This document shows, piece after piece, positions 46,001-58,661 of a DNA stretch of 64,000 nt. The stretch covers positions 4,367,228-4,431,227 of the forward strand of contig NW_003526943.1 of assembly GCF_000181795.1 (NCBI RefSeq), read 5' to 3'. Position 1 is the first letter of the stretch, and every line of letters begins with the position of its first letter. Below the pieces are notes generated by a model. The model saw nothing but the letters and a program-made list of their open reading frames with translations, was not told the DNA's origin and ran no database searches. The stretch is from Trichinella spiralis. Taxonomy: Eukaryota. Position numbers and translations under genes: made by a program.

Positions 46001-46714
46001 TCAGTACGACAGTTGTTAAATGAGATGCATTAAATGTTTATTGTCATAAAAACAAAGGAAATACAACAGTTTTGTTGCTCCTTTGCATAAATCGCTTATT
46101 ATAGAATACTTAAACAAAAATTAATTTATGTTAAGCTTAAAAAAGAATAAACAAGCCTAATATTTCATGCTGTCATCGTCTTATGTCATTAGCTGACCAT
46201 TGGTCATACTGGTTTGCTTCTTATGCTAATGTAATTATTTTTACAATTTTGCTGAAATTTTCCACTCACAAGCAGATGCACTGAAAAGTAAACAGCATGC
46301 ATAACTGAAAAGCAACTGTTGACCCTGGAATGTGTTGACATCTTGTTCTGCCTCTCTCCAGTCACACGGCGGCACAAAGAAAAGCTGACACATTTGAAAG
46401 CACTACTACACTACTACTCTCTTTCAGTGATGGCAAATTTATCAACTTTTCGATAAATATCAGTAAACTATCAAAAATCATAAAACATTTTCCACCAAGC
46501 CGCTACACATTGTTCATTTCAAAATGAAACAATCGTTCAACAAAAGCATTCATTCATCTTTAACCAACAAAACAGATGCACATATACAGATATACATTTT
46601 ATACATATATACAGGAATGATGATTACTTTCAAAATGCTATTTGAAGCATAGAACTGGAATGCAATTTAAAAAAATTAAAAAAACTGACAACATCTAAAA
46701 CAGATTTATATCGT

Positions 46715-49708
46715 TCACCATTGACTGAAATCGGACAGCTCGGTGCGGATAACTTTTTTCTTCTTTGCCACAGTAATACTATTCAGTGGCTGTTCCTCGT
46801 CGTCTGATTGGTCGTTACTCTTTGCAACAGCCTTCAAATCAATGTATTTACCAACTCCACTGCGGAATATTTTCTTTTCGGCTGATTTTTTCTCAACCAT
46901 CACAACTTTTTTCTCCTCTTTTCCACTTTGCTCCAATGCGGCTTTTCTTTCCGCTTTCAACTGTTCTTCCGCTTTTTCAAACGGATTCACAAATACAACT
47001 GTATCCAAAATTACAATATCTTCCTGAAATCAACATTTATTACCGTCCCCCACTTTTCTCTTATCTAATCACAAAACTGATTGAAAACTTTCATTAAATT
47101 ACCACTGGTCTATCGTTGTTGTCAGTTTCAACTGCTTCAATTATCTCCAACGTGTCCAATCCACCAACAACGCGACCAAAAATTGTATGCTTCTTATCCA
47201 ACTGTTTGCAAGATCGGAATGTAATAAAACTGAAAACATTCGTGACAAAAAAGAGAGCAAGATTATTCGCAAAAATAATTTATTACAATTGCGAAGTGTT
47301 TGTGTGTTTTCCTCGATTTGCCATGCTCAGTACACCACGACCAGAGTGACTGTACAACGAAACAAACTCATCCCTGAACGGCTTTCCCCAGATTGATTCT
47401 CCACCAGTACCTGTGCCTGTCGGATCACCTCCTTGTACCTAAAGATTGCAAACAAAACTAGCACTTCAACAAATATTGAAACCATAAAATACCATGAAAT
47501 TGCGTATCAAACGATGAAACTTTGTCTGCTTGTAATAACCGTTACGACAATGTACGATAAAATTTTCACAAGCACGAGGCACTTTTTCGCAATATAATTC
47601 CAAATTCAATAGACCTTTGTTGGTAACAAGTCGAACATAACCCATCGATTTCACTCGACGATATTTCAAAATATCTTCATCCAACACAGCAGGCTGTTGT
47701 TCCGTAACTGGTTCCATGACGGTAGATGTGAATCCGGCAGCTACCATACCTGTAGAGTAATGAGCAGCGTTCAAAGCATCCGCTTTACTGGTGGAAGGCA
47801 ATTCTTGTTTTTCTGGCTAAAAGACGATCACATTAAAAAAATTCCATTTCATCCTACTTCACTGGAGACTCAAATTTTTACTGCTTTGTAATCTTTCTGA
47901 AGTTGAGACAATGTTTCTCTAGTTTCTGTGTTGATACTTTTCAGTTTGTACAAAGGATCATCTTGAGGTAATTCTTCAACTTCTAAAACCATAAAATAAA
48001 TTAAAATTTTCCCTAATTTAAAAATCAAATCAAACTTTCTTTTAATTCTCACAGAAAAAATTGCGCTACATTTGAAAAGCATGACAGAAAATGTTTGCTA
48101 TACAAAATCACGTTATCGAAATTGAATATACTCAATTGCAGTTACTGTATCAATGCAAACATGCTTTAAACTTCCCTCATGTGCTAAACTGTTCTTGTTT
48201 TGCAATATAAATACTTAAACTACTACAAATAATAATAATAACAGCTTCCAAATTAAAAAAAGCATGGAAACTCACCATCTTCCTTCACCTTTAATTTATT
48301 TTTGACATGGTAAAATTTTGATATGTTAAACGTTTCCAATTTGTACGGATCCTGAAATAATAAAATTAACATGAGATCATATTACTTTAACTAACAAACC
48401 TGCAGTGTTATAATGTCCGCTTTCACAAAAGGTTCATCAGTAATCAAATCTTTAAAATGTTTTGTTTTAAAATTCAGTTCTTCAACCGCCTGAAAACAAT
48501 TTATGATAATACAGCTTCAAAACAACGCTATCCCTTACTTCATACGAATAAACAATTCCTGTCGGACGAACCATAACAACATGACTATTATCAGTGAATG
48601 CTTTTTTGGTAATAGGACAAACATATTGGCCTGGAAATGCAAAAAATGACAAAAATTTTATCCCTCAATTCAGTGAATGTAAGCTTTCAAACCACAAATT
48701 CATAAATTACAATGAAATAACAATCTCAATCATATATGAGACAATCAACAAAGATCAATTTTTATAAGCATGTACGAATTCAAAACTACTACAGTTCGCT
48801 CTTTGCCTAGGCAGTCCTGTCTGAATTCGCTAGCAATAAGCAGGAATATTTGCTTATAATTATTTCAGCATACTGAATTAGTTATTCAAAAACAATATGA
48901 ATAACTCAATTAAATATGCTAGAGAAAAAGAAATATCACTTTACTGCTCCAAATTAACTCACCTTCTGAATTTTTTTTAATATCAAGCTTAATCAATGAT
49001 TTCACATCCAGTGGATTTCCCGTTACAGGATGCTTGCCAAACTTTCTAACAAATGGCAATATGTGACTGTCAAAATAAATTATTTATTAATTTCACGAAA
49101 TAATTTTGAATACGTTGCCCTTACATTAGATCAAAAATGTAGCCATCTAAACAACAATATGGTACATCGCAAGGCTGCAGAGAAACACTAAAATTGCAAC
49201 GAACTTCATTAGTACGTTACATAAATAATACAAAAGTATGTTAAAATGTTGAAATTTATAGAAAAAATATTTAACAATTTATTTCATGCAAGCAGTAGAA
49301 TACTGATACGCTATAAAAATGACAGTTGAAAAATATTTACCAACAATGACCAAATGGAAGCCGCTGAAACTTGGCCAAACTCGCTTGAAAAATTTTAGCT
49401 AAAATCAATTATGCTTTTAATATAAAATTGGAAAACTTAAATACAACTGTAAGCATAATAAAAAATATTACAAGTTAAATTTTTATAAGTTTAATAATGC
49501 TTATATTATAAAACAAAAAATATCCAAACTTTGATATATTTCGATAATTTCATGATGAATATGTAATAAAAAAACTCACTATCTTTGTGACCTCCATACA
49601 ACTCTTTCCACTCAGTAGTGGTTAGATACCTAAAACAGATTATTACTCAAAATATTTATGAAAAGTGTTGTATTACATTTTATCTTTCTGATGCTGCTTT
49701 TTACCCAT
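46715..49708 (-). CDS. PPIL2: RING/U-box cyclophilin PPIL2 (Cyp60; nematode CYP-4/MOG-6 type)
   Basis: Starts [84 protein letters not shown]...[41 protein letters not shown]; ends DFSQW*. About 12 exons. Confidence 0.95.
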
Positions 49709-50384
49709 TGTTTTAAAAGGATCTGCAAGAATGTACAAATCAGTTTAAGAAAATCGTAATTTTCGGTGATATGTACAGTTAGCAAAAATCAAGTTTGAAT
49801 TCTAATGTTGTACAATTTTATCAAGAAAATTAAAGTAAAAAGTTTTGATAAATAAATTATCCAAAAGATTTAACTATTTAACTTTAATTTATAACAATTT
49901 TATTCATAATAATATTTTATATTTAAATTCTAAAATATTTAAAACCTGAGAATATTTTATAAAAAACAGAATAAAATAGTACAGATTATTAATACAATAG
50001 AAAAAAAATTTTAATTGTATAATAATTCTGAAATTAATTTAATTGAAATTTATATATTAGCGCCTGAATATTGAATTAAAAACCTGCACTTTAATCATGG
50101 TATACTGTGAATTTTCTGTGTTCTTCGAAACATTATGAATTTGAATATTTCGTCTGAACAGTGCTTATAGTTCAGTAAATACTTTCCGTTTATAAATGTT
50201 ACCATAAATATATCTTTTGCAATCATAACTGTTAATTGTTTTTTTATTTTAAATCATCGATGCGATCAAAATGCGCGATAGAACGATGATATAAAGGCTG
50301 CCATGAAGTTTTGTTGTAGAAATAGTTGTTTCTGATTTGTATTTGTATTGATAAATTGGTTTATTGGAGAAAAGTGTATTATAG

Positions 50385-53300
50385 ATGGCGAAAAGACAGA
50401 CTACTAGACTGCTTGAAAAATTGCGAGCAATAATGAAGAGTAAAGTATACGCCATGCATGAAATCAGTGCGTACATAATTTCATCGAATGATGCGCATTT
50501 TTCTGAATACACTGCCGATTGTGATCGTCGTATTGCGTTCATATCAGGTTTCACAGGATCTCGAGGTAGGCAAAAGCATTAAATTGTTTCAAAAGCTGTT
50601 TAATATAGAAAATCATTTTTTGTAAAAAAGAATGTAAACGTTTTTGAAGAAAGTAGATAGTGTGCATGATTTGTTGGAACTGTTGAACTTTTTCTCGTGT
50701 GTTGATTATTTGATGTTTTTATTAAACTTTTCAACTTTTACTTTCGTATTTCGTACCGATGATGTAATATTATATATCAATAATTTTATTATAATCACAA
50801 GTGAAAGCATGATTTGATTTGAGGAACGGCTGTGATTACGGACAAACAAGCGGCATTGTGGACGGTGGGCATTTATCATCTCCAAGCATCGAAAGAACTC
50901 GGCGACGATTGGATTTTGATGAAAGAAGGATTGCCAGAGACTCCAGAAATTGAACAATGGTTAGCTAACGTATTGCCAGCTGGGTCGTTTGTCGGCGTCG
51001 ATCCATTTTTGCTTACGGAAGGTGGATAAAAAAGATGAATGCGAATTTATTTGGCGTGTAGTGCTTTACAGTGGTCATTTTTTGCAGAAGCGTTCACAAG
51101 ATGTAAGAAAAAGTTGAGCGATCATAAGATCGAATTGAAAGAAGTGGCGACCAATTTGGTGGATATTGTCTGGGGAGAAGATCGACCGCTAAGAACAGGG
51201 GGAATGGTATATTTTCTGCCAACTTTTCACACTGGTAAGATAATTTTTTTTTGTTTTTTGGCTTTTTTATTTCTTAATTTTTGTGATAGGCCGTTCTTGG
51301 GAGCAGAAAATATCCGACGTTTGTTCCATAATGGCCAAAAACCGTGTTCAGCATTTGGTATTGTCTGCGTTGGACGAAATTGCATGGCTACTCAATTTGC
51401 GAGGTTCAGACATTCCTTACAATCCTGTCTTTTTCGCCTACGTCGTAATAAGCAATGAAGATGCTGTGAGGTAATTTTTTGAATGAAAAAAAATGTTCAT
51501 CTGAAATATACAATTTTTTGCTTGCAGCTTATTTATTGATGAAGGTAAAATAGCGAAGACGATTTTGGATAAATTTTTGATGAACAACAGTTCACTGCGT
51601 GTAAATTGTTTCCATTACGACGCGATCAGTGATTATATGACGAACTGTTTGGTGGACAAGGATGACAGTTCGCTGCGTATTTGGCTTCCCCAAGGTACAA
51701 GCCACGCTTTGTGTTCGTTGGTGCCAGAAAGCAATCGCTACACTGCTCAGTCTCCAATTTTGCTTTTGAAAGCGGTGAAAAATAAATCCGAAGTGAGAGG
51801 AATGAGAAATGCTCACGTAAGTATATGTATACATGTGTGTGTAGTTTGGCTCTTTTTTTGGGGTTCTTTTTTGAACGTCTGCTTTTTCATGCAGATTAAA
51901 GATGCCGTTGCGCATTGTATGTTTTTCGGCTGGTTGGAAAAGCAGATCATGTTTTTCAAAAATCAAGAAATTACCGAATTGGATGCAAGCGCCAAATTTG
52001 AACAGTTCCGTTCTATGCAACATGATTACAAGGGTCCCAGTTTTAAGACCATTTCCGCTTTTGGTTCCAATGCGTCGATCATTCACTACAGTCCATCAGA
52101 GCAAAGCAACCGGCTGCTCAATGATAAGAACCTTTATTTGATCGATTCAGGTGGTCAATATATGTAAGTCGATTGACTTTTTTTTGAATTATTGTTAGTA
52201 TGGATTATTGTGAATTGCCATTGTCGATTTAAATTTTTTCTTTTTAATCAAGCGATGGGACAACAGATACTACAAGAACGTTCATGTTCAGTGAATGCAC
52301 GGAACATCAGCGTCGTTGTTATACGATGGTTTTGAAAGGTCACATTGCATTGGCTCGGATGGTTTTTCCAGAAGGCTGTATTGGTAAATTTTACTTATTC
52401 CTAAAAATATTTAAATATGAAATTTGAGATTAACAAACAAACCATTTCCAATAGTTTTATTCCATTTTCTATTCATTTGCTGTCATCATAGAAAATGATA
52501 AGCATTTTTCAATAATTGCTATGAGATATTTCAAACTTATTAGAGTTTGATTTGGATTGAAATGTTTACTTTTTTAACTGAGATAAATTTGAAAATAAAT
52601 CAGTATTTGTAGAATCGCCGCATATATATTGAGCAGTAGTAATTGTTGCACTTTTTATGGTTGCGTTTGTTAAATGAAGAGGTGATGATTGAAACACTTG
52701 TGACGTAAACTTTCGTTTTAGGAGCACGTATTGATGCATTGTCTCGAACTTTTCTTTGGAAACAAGGTTTGGATTATCCCCATGGAACAGGACACGGTAT
52801 TGGTCATCACTTGTGTGTTCACGAAGGTTGGTGTTGTTGTTTTGGGGAATTTTTTGTTTTTTATAAAACGGTATTTTATTCATCAATTTTTTCAGGTCCT
52901 TCCGGTTTTGGTCCATCTTTGGGTAGTTGGAATTGTGAAGGCATTTTGGAAAATATGATACTAACTATAGGTATAATAATAAAATTGTCTTTTTCTTTCA
53001 CGTTGAACGTACACAGAAATATTGACATATTGCACAGAGCCAGGGTATTATGAAAATGAAAATTTTGGAATCCGTATAGAAAATGCATATGTAGTGGTGC
53101 CTGCGGAAACAGAGGTTCGCTTTTTATTGATTGTGTGTAGTTTTCTGATTGCAGATATTTGCATATTTTAGTTCAATTATGAGAATAAGAAATATTTGCG
53201 CTTTGAGCCGTTGACTTTGGTACCGATTCAGAAGAAGATGATTGTACGCGAAATGATGACCGATGAAGAGGTGAATTTGGATGTGGCAGTTTTTAATTTT

Positions 53301-53456
53301 CTTGCCCAAATGGGCATATTTGTCAATGGTTGATTTCAGATTCAATGGCTTAATGAATATCACGCGAAATGTTTGGAAAGTGTCAGTGATGGTTTGATGC
53401 ACAGCGGTGACGTCGATGCTGTGAAATGGTTACATGAAGAAACCAGGCCATTCTAA
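50385..53456 (+). CDS. XPNPEP1: Xaa-Pro aminopeptidase 1 (aminopeptidase P, M24B)
   Basis: DAHFSEY...[44 protein letters not shown]; metal-ligand motifs [19 protein letters not shown]...VHEGP, EPGYY, GIRIEN; ends ETRPF* at 53456. Confidence 0.95.
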
Positions 53457-53750
53457 TATTATACTAGTAAATGAGCATTTGAATACATTGTGCTTTTTTT
53501 ATGTATCTATTCTAAATCTTCCTCATATTTCCAAGGTTATTATGCTATTGATTGATGGTGGGGAGGGGTGATATTTTTAGCATTTATTTATTTATTTTTG
53601 GTGACAAAAAAGCATGCGATTTTTGATGGCAATACAAATTTGATTTCTTTGTTGTAAGAAAAATAAAAAGATTTATCCAAGTTTCAAAGGTTGGCTGTTT
53701 ATTTTTCTCATTGGCACAAGTTGGAAAAAAATTATAATTAATGCGTGTGG

Positions 53751-54713
53751 TCAGGTTCGGGATGAGGTAAGGCAAAGTGTTCTGCAAAGTGCCATCGATG
53801 CCAGTCGATGACGTATCGCAGCACAGCTCGAGAAAGTGATAATTGGGAAGAAGAGTGCAAATTGGGATCGAATGGAAAATAGCACGATGCGATAATCGTT
53901 GAGCAGTATTGTCAAATCCGACAGTTCGTTTTTCGACTGGCCGTAGTTGAACAAGTACAGAACGATATCCAGCAGTGCCGACGGACCTTGGACGAACAGG
54001 TAAAGCAGAAAAACGTGAAAAGCGTACAGCGCGAGTTGGAGATCTTGCTTCAACGGATCGGTGGTGGTGAACAACGCCGACCAACGGTTGCGTACCCTGT
54101 ACTGGTGGGCGCGGTAGAGGATCACCGCCAGCGACAAGAAAATTGTCACCAAAGGCAAGCAGTAGCAAATGACGATCAAGCTGTTTATGAAAAGCAACGA
54201 TTCGGTCGCTTGGAGGGGGGAGTTTTCCAAATTGCACGAGCCGAACGGTAGAATCAAGCTCGACGACGGATTCCACAACGACGCCAACGAAAAGCCGGCC
54301 GACATCACGCAACACAGTGTCAGTATGGTGAAAAATCTTGCCCGCGTCACTCGTCGACTGTAAACTGTCGGGTCCACCAGCGCCACAGCTCGTTCAGTAA
54401 CCAGTACAGTAATCCCTAGGAATAGTTGGATATTGATGACCAGGTACGAAATTATTCCAATTGAACAGAGACTGTCGATCCAAACGGCATTCGTCGTTGC
54501 CGTGTAAAGTCCGAACACTTGGGCGACGGTCACGTCCAACAGCAGTATCAAGCAGATGTGCAAGATGTTGAGATGGAAAATCGACTGGCGAAGCTTCTGG
54601 TCCGAAACTATTGCAAACACGAGCAGAACGTTCACCGAAAATGCGCAAACGATGAACATGCACATGTAGCCGCTGCCGAGCAGATTAACATCGGCTTTTG
54701 AGCCGAATTCCAT
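53751..54713 (-). CDS. Intronless seven-transmembrane rhodopsin-like/serpentine orphan GPCR, 320 aa
   Basis: Single GC-richer ORF with ~7 hydrophobic segments, TM1 N (SVNVLLV), TM2 D (LLLDV), Cys at top of TM3, ERA at the DRY position (TERAVALVDP..Y), TM5 YCLP, TM6 P. Confidence 0.8.
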   Translation of the reverse strand: MEFGSKADVNLLGSGYMCMFIVCAFSVNVLLVFAIVSDQKLRQSIFHLNILHICLILLLDVTVAQVFGLYTATTNAVWIDSLCSIGIISYLVINIQLFLGITVLVTERAVALVDPTVYSRRVTRARFFTILTLCCVMSAGFSLASLWNPSSSLILPFGSCNLENSPLQATESLLFINSLIVICYCLPLVTIFLSLAVILYRAHQYRVRNRWSALFTTTDPLKQDLQLALYAFHVFLLYLFVQGPSALLDIVLYLFNYGQSKNELSDLTILLNDYRIVLFSIRSQFALFFPIITFSSCAAIRHRLASMALCRTLCLTSSRT

Positions 54714-57104
54714 ATTCTCTCTCTCTCTCTCTCAGCGACAATCAAGCTTCATGTCAGAAGGACGAAAAGACAATAAAAAGCACACCAACAAACCCACTAC
54801 TAGACAACGACAACTGTGTGTGAAATTGGCAGTTCTGTCGCCATGGTAACCGTCTGCATCAAACCGAATTCGATCGCTTGTTCACAGCTTTTGTCGTTGG
54901 ACAAGCAGCAAGCAGCAGAGAATTGAGAAATCGATATGATTTAAAAAAAAACAAACTTATTTTCATAAATTTAAATTTTACATGTAGTAAAATTAAATTA
55001 TAATTTGCAGTTGTAGCTGATATTGTAAACTTGACTACTACCAATTTAAACCAACATTAAAAAAATTGACAAATTTCTATTCACTCATAATTGAGAAGAA
55101 TTTGAAATGTCAGTTTGAAAACAATCATACAACAAGGTTGATATGAATTAACATGATGATGATTCATTTTATTGAATAATATATCATAATGAATAAGCAT
55201 TTCATTTTGTGAAAAAATATTTTTTACCCCTCATTCATTTCCAATTTTTTGAAAATTAACCATTCCATTAATCATTTTGAAACGAAATCCATTTCCACTT
55301 GTTAATCTGTTTGTAAAAATTATTTGAAAAGTTATTACAACGGATGAAAAAATTTTTTTAATTTAGATATAAATTTAGTTTTTACAATTTGGGAGTTGAA
55401 TTTCACAATTAACAATTCAATGGAAATATTTCACTCGAAAGCAATTTAAATTATACATAATTAACAACATGTATTTTTTTAATAAAGTGCGATTCTGTTT
55501 AATCAATATTTAAAAAAAAAAACAAATAAAATCCACCTCTCGACGCAGGATAGTTTTTGAAAATTCATATGCTCAAATGAAACTTTTGAAAACAACAACA
55601 AGTGGATAGATACTACAATTTGACTACTACATGGTTGTGCAATGGTAAAATTTTTCAAAAATGAAATTTGCAAATTTTGCTACGTTGAAAGTGAAATATG
55701 AATATTCTTCCTTGTCGTGTCATGGGAAGAAAAAATTTTTGCTTTACTGAAAAATGTTGAAATGCCCGAGTTTCAAGCTTTTATCATGTTGGCAAAAATA
55801 CGAACACGTTGAACACGTCGACGAATGAATTTCACAAGTCTTCAGCAATTAATTAATTCTACCAAATGGAATAAAAAAATTTATAAAACTGAATGCTATG
55901 GATTTTTTGTTATTAATTTTTGAAAACAAAAAAAATAAACGAAAATTCAACAATTCGAGAGCCTGGTAGTGCCGGATGACGTTGAAATTAATCGCATTTT
56001 TTAATTTTGCATTTTTGCAACAATTTACTGGTTATTAATTTCGAGTTGGTTATTTCAACGCCCCACAAAGCATTGATTTGAAGTGAAATTAATTTTTCAA
56101 TTCAACTCATTAGTTCCGATGTTATGTGCACATTTATGTATTTGCAAATGAAAACAAAATTATCAATTTAATTGATGTTCAAGTAAATAGCTTAAAATTG
56201 TTTACAAAAGCAAACATTTTGCATCTGACTCGTTAAATGTGAACGTTGTTTGGTGCAGAGCGTTGCTAGATGAATTTGCAAGCATATTTTTTACTTTATG
56301 CAATCTTTCCAATCTAATGAACGAGCATTCTGTTGTAGTTATTTTTAACTTACTTTGAGCAGAATTTACACTTATTATTCGGAATGCTAATCATGCAAAA
56401 CAGGAAAACATCACTTTTGCAAAATTGTTCTCTTAAATTTCACCTTGATCATTAATTTTTAATGAATCATGCATCAAAATTGTCGAGCAACACTTTTTAT
56501 TGATGCATAATTATTTTCAATTTGACAATGAGAATGCATTTGTTTGAAATAACAAAATGAATTAATTATTAGTTGAATTACAGTTTTATTTCTAAAAAAA
56601 AGTTTTATTATTAGTGTTAAACAAAAAAAAATTTTTGATATCCATCAAAATTCTTCTGCTCGTTGCAGTTGAAAATTGATACTTTCTAGCAGCTTGCACG
56701 ACGCTTGATAAAACGTTTGTGATTAATTGCGAACATTGCAATTGTGGGAATTTCTTTTTTTTTCTATATCTCTTCCAACATTTCTCAATTTTCTCATTGC
56801 AAGCAAACATGCTAATGCAAACGGCCGGCCAAGTCAGTTAATTGCAAATGCTCAGCGATGAATTATGAATTTTGTCGTTCACTGAACGGCAGCAGCAGCA
56901 GCGTTCAGCGAATTAAGCAAACAATTTAAACTTCAGCAGCTGCTTCAGATGAAAATTTATATAAAACCAACTACAAACTGATCAGCTACGTGTAAATTTA
57001 TTTAAATGACAATTATTATGCAAAAAAATACGAATAGGATGCCAAACGAAGGATTTTCTTTTTTGGGTAGAAGTGTGGGATTGAAGCTGAAATAGTAAAT
57101 CAGT

Positions 57105-57646
57105 TCATTTGGATTTCTTCCTAGCTTCGACAACCACCGCTTCTCGTGTTTGACAATAACGCGCGTTCAAAGTTTCGATGTCGTATTCGTCAGGCAAACG
57201 GTACGATTTTCGAATTGTTCGACTTTTACGAAAAGCCGGCGATCTGTCCCTCATCTCTTGCTTCAATTCCACAATCACCAGCTGCAGAGTATGCAACGTT
57301 TGTACGGTTACTTCCCAGATATGCTTCAGTTCGCTTTTGATTGGACACAAACCAACGGTGAGACTGTTCTTGCGTTCAGAGCTTTTGATTTCCATCTGAG
57401 AAATAAGTGTCAATTGGGATAAAAATTAAACTAAAGTTAATTTAAATGAACAAACCATTCGATTTTCACAAACTGATGCGCAGGCAAGTTCCACTTCAAA
57501 TTTATCTTCTGAAAAATTACACTTTGCCAAGCCTTCTTTGTTCAATGGCCAATACCAGAAGAAACAGTCGTCTGTAAAACAAATAAATAATTAGCACATT
57601 TCCATCCGGGGCAATAGTTTTTACTGTTTATCGAATCGACCGCCAT
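57105..57646 (-). CDS. Small heat-shock protein, nematode HSP-12-like (alpha-crystallin domain), ~142 aa
   Basis: Exons 57646-57625, 57571-57456, 57395-57105 join in phase: MAVDSINNDCFFWYWPLNKEGLAKCNFSEDKFEVEL...SRTIRKSYRLPDEYDIETLNARY...VVVEARKKSK. WxWPL, DKFEV and R...R.YRLP are HSP-12 hallmarks. Confidence 0.78.
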
Positions 57647-57897
57647 CGTGGACAGAGAAAATGCAGCAGAGTGGAAGTTTTCAAATTTTCCAACTGACAA
57701 TTAGCTGCAGAAGAAATTTAATGTTGAGAAAATTTCGTCTTTTGGTGAAGCCAGATGTGTAAGTTTGTTCGAAAGTTGAACGCTGATTGGCCATTCAACT
57801 CTGAATACGGATTCTCAGATGAAATTGGTCCGTAGCTGATTGCGCAACATTTGAAACGGAAAAGCCAGTCATCAAGGCGACATTCGATCGCCATAAT

Positions 57898-57912
57898 CTA
57901 ATATTCTAGAAA
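57898..57912. promoter_or_regulatory. Candidate heat-shock element upstream of the sHSP gene
   Basis: cTAAtaTTCtaGAAa: one mismatch from nGAAnnTTCnnGAAn, ~250 bp upstream of the ATG. Confidence 0.35.
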
Positions 57913-58661
57913 TTGGCGCGCCTGTTGTCCACTTTTCAGCTACACGCTGCCAATTAACCATTCATTGCAAACTATATCATACTTAAGGCTAGGATTAACA
58001 TTTTTCAAAATCAACAACATTATCACTGAATTAATCTTCGACTTGATTTACTTTCAAACAATCATGTCAACATCAAGCATAACTTAATTAATTTTCCTAT
58101 TGTTGTCATATTTTCACCATTCAGAACTTCACAAGGTAATTTTATATTCAAAAAAAAGCACACACATGCATTTTACATTCGAAAATTGCAATTCAACATT
58201 GCTGTTCTTGAACAATGAGTGCAGTTTTAATTAGTTCATAGTTTTGCTTAATTTTGTATTTTTAAAGAATTTCATCGCTTTTTGACTTTTAAGTTTTTAA
58301 TTTTTCCAACAGATATTTATTCAAAAATGGTATACTTTTTGTCAACAAACAATTTATGTAATTCTCTTGATAACATTTTACATCATATTTGTCTTCATTT
58401 TTAAATTACTGTACTGTACATTGTACTTACTGTAATAGTGGATGTGATAATTTGCAATGCATTCTGTTTAATATTTGCGCTAAATTAACTTATTGTCAAT
58501 TACCTATTGAATTTATTGAGCTTTCAAGCTTACTAATGACAAATTACGTAGTTCAGCTAACACCTTAATTCCTACCTTAATTTATTTCTTTTCTGAAATA
58601 AAAAGTAAATATGCTGTCACAAAACCAGTATGAATTGTTATGATTATGTTCATGGGCATTG

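Noticed and set aside
53584..54701. Overlapping alternative-frame and antisense ORFs (243 aa and others) on the GPCR
   Set aside because: Expected by-products of a GC-rich coding region with few stops.
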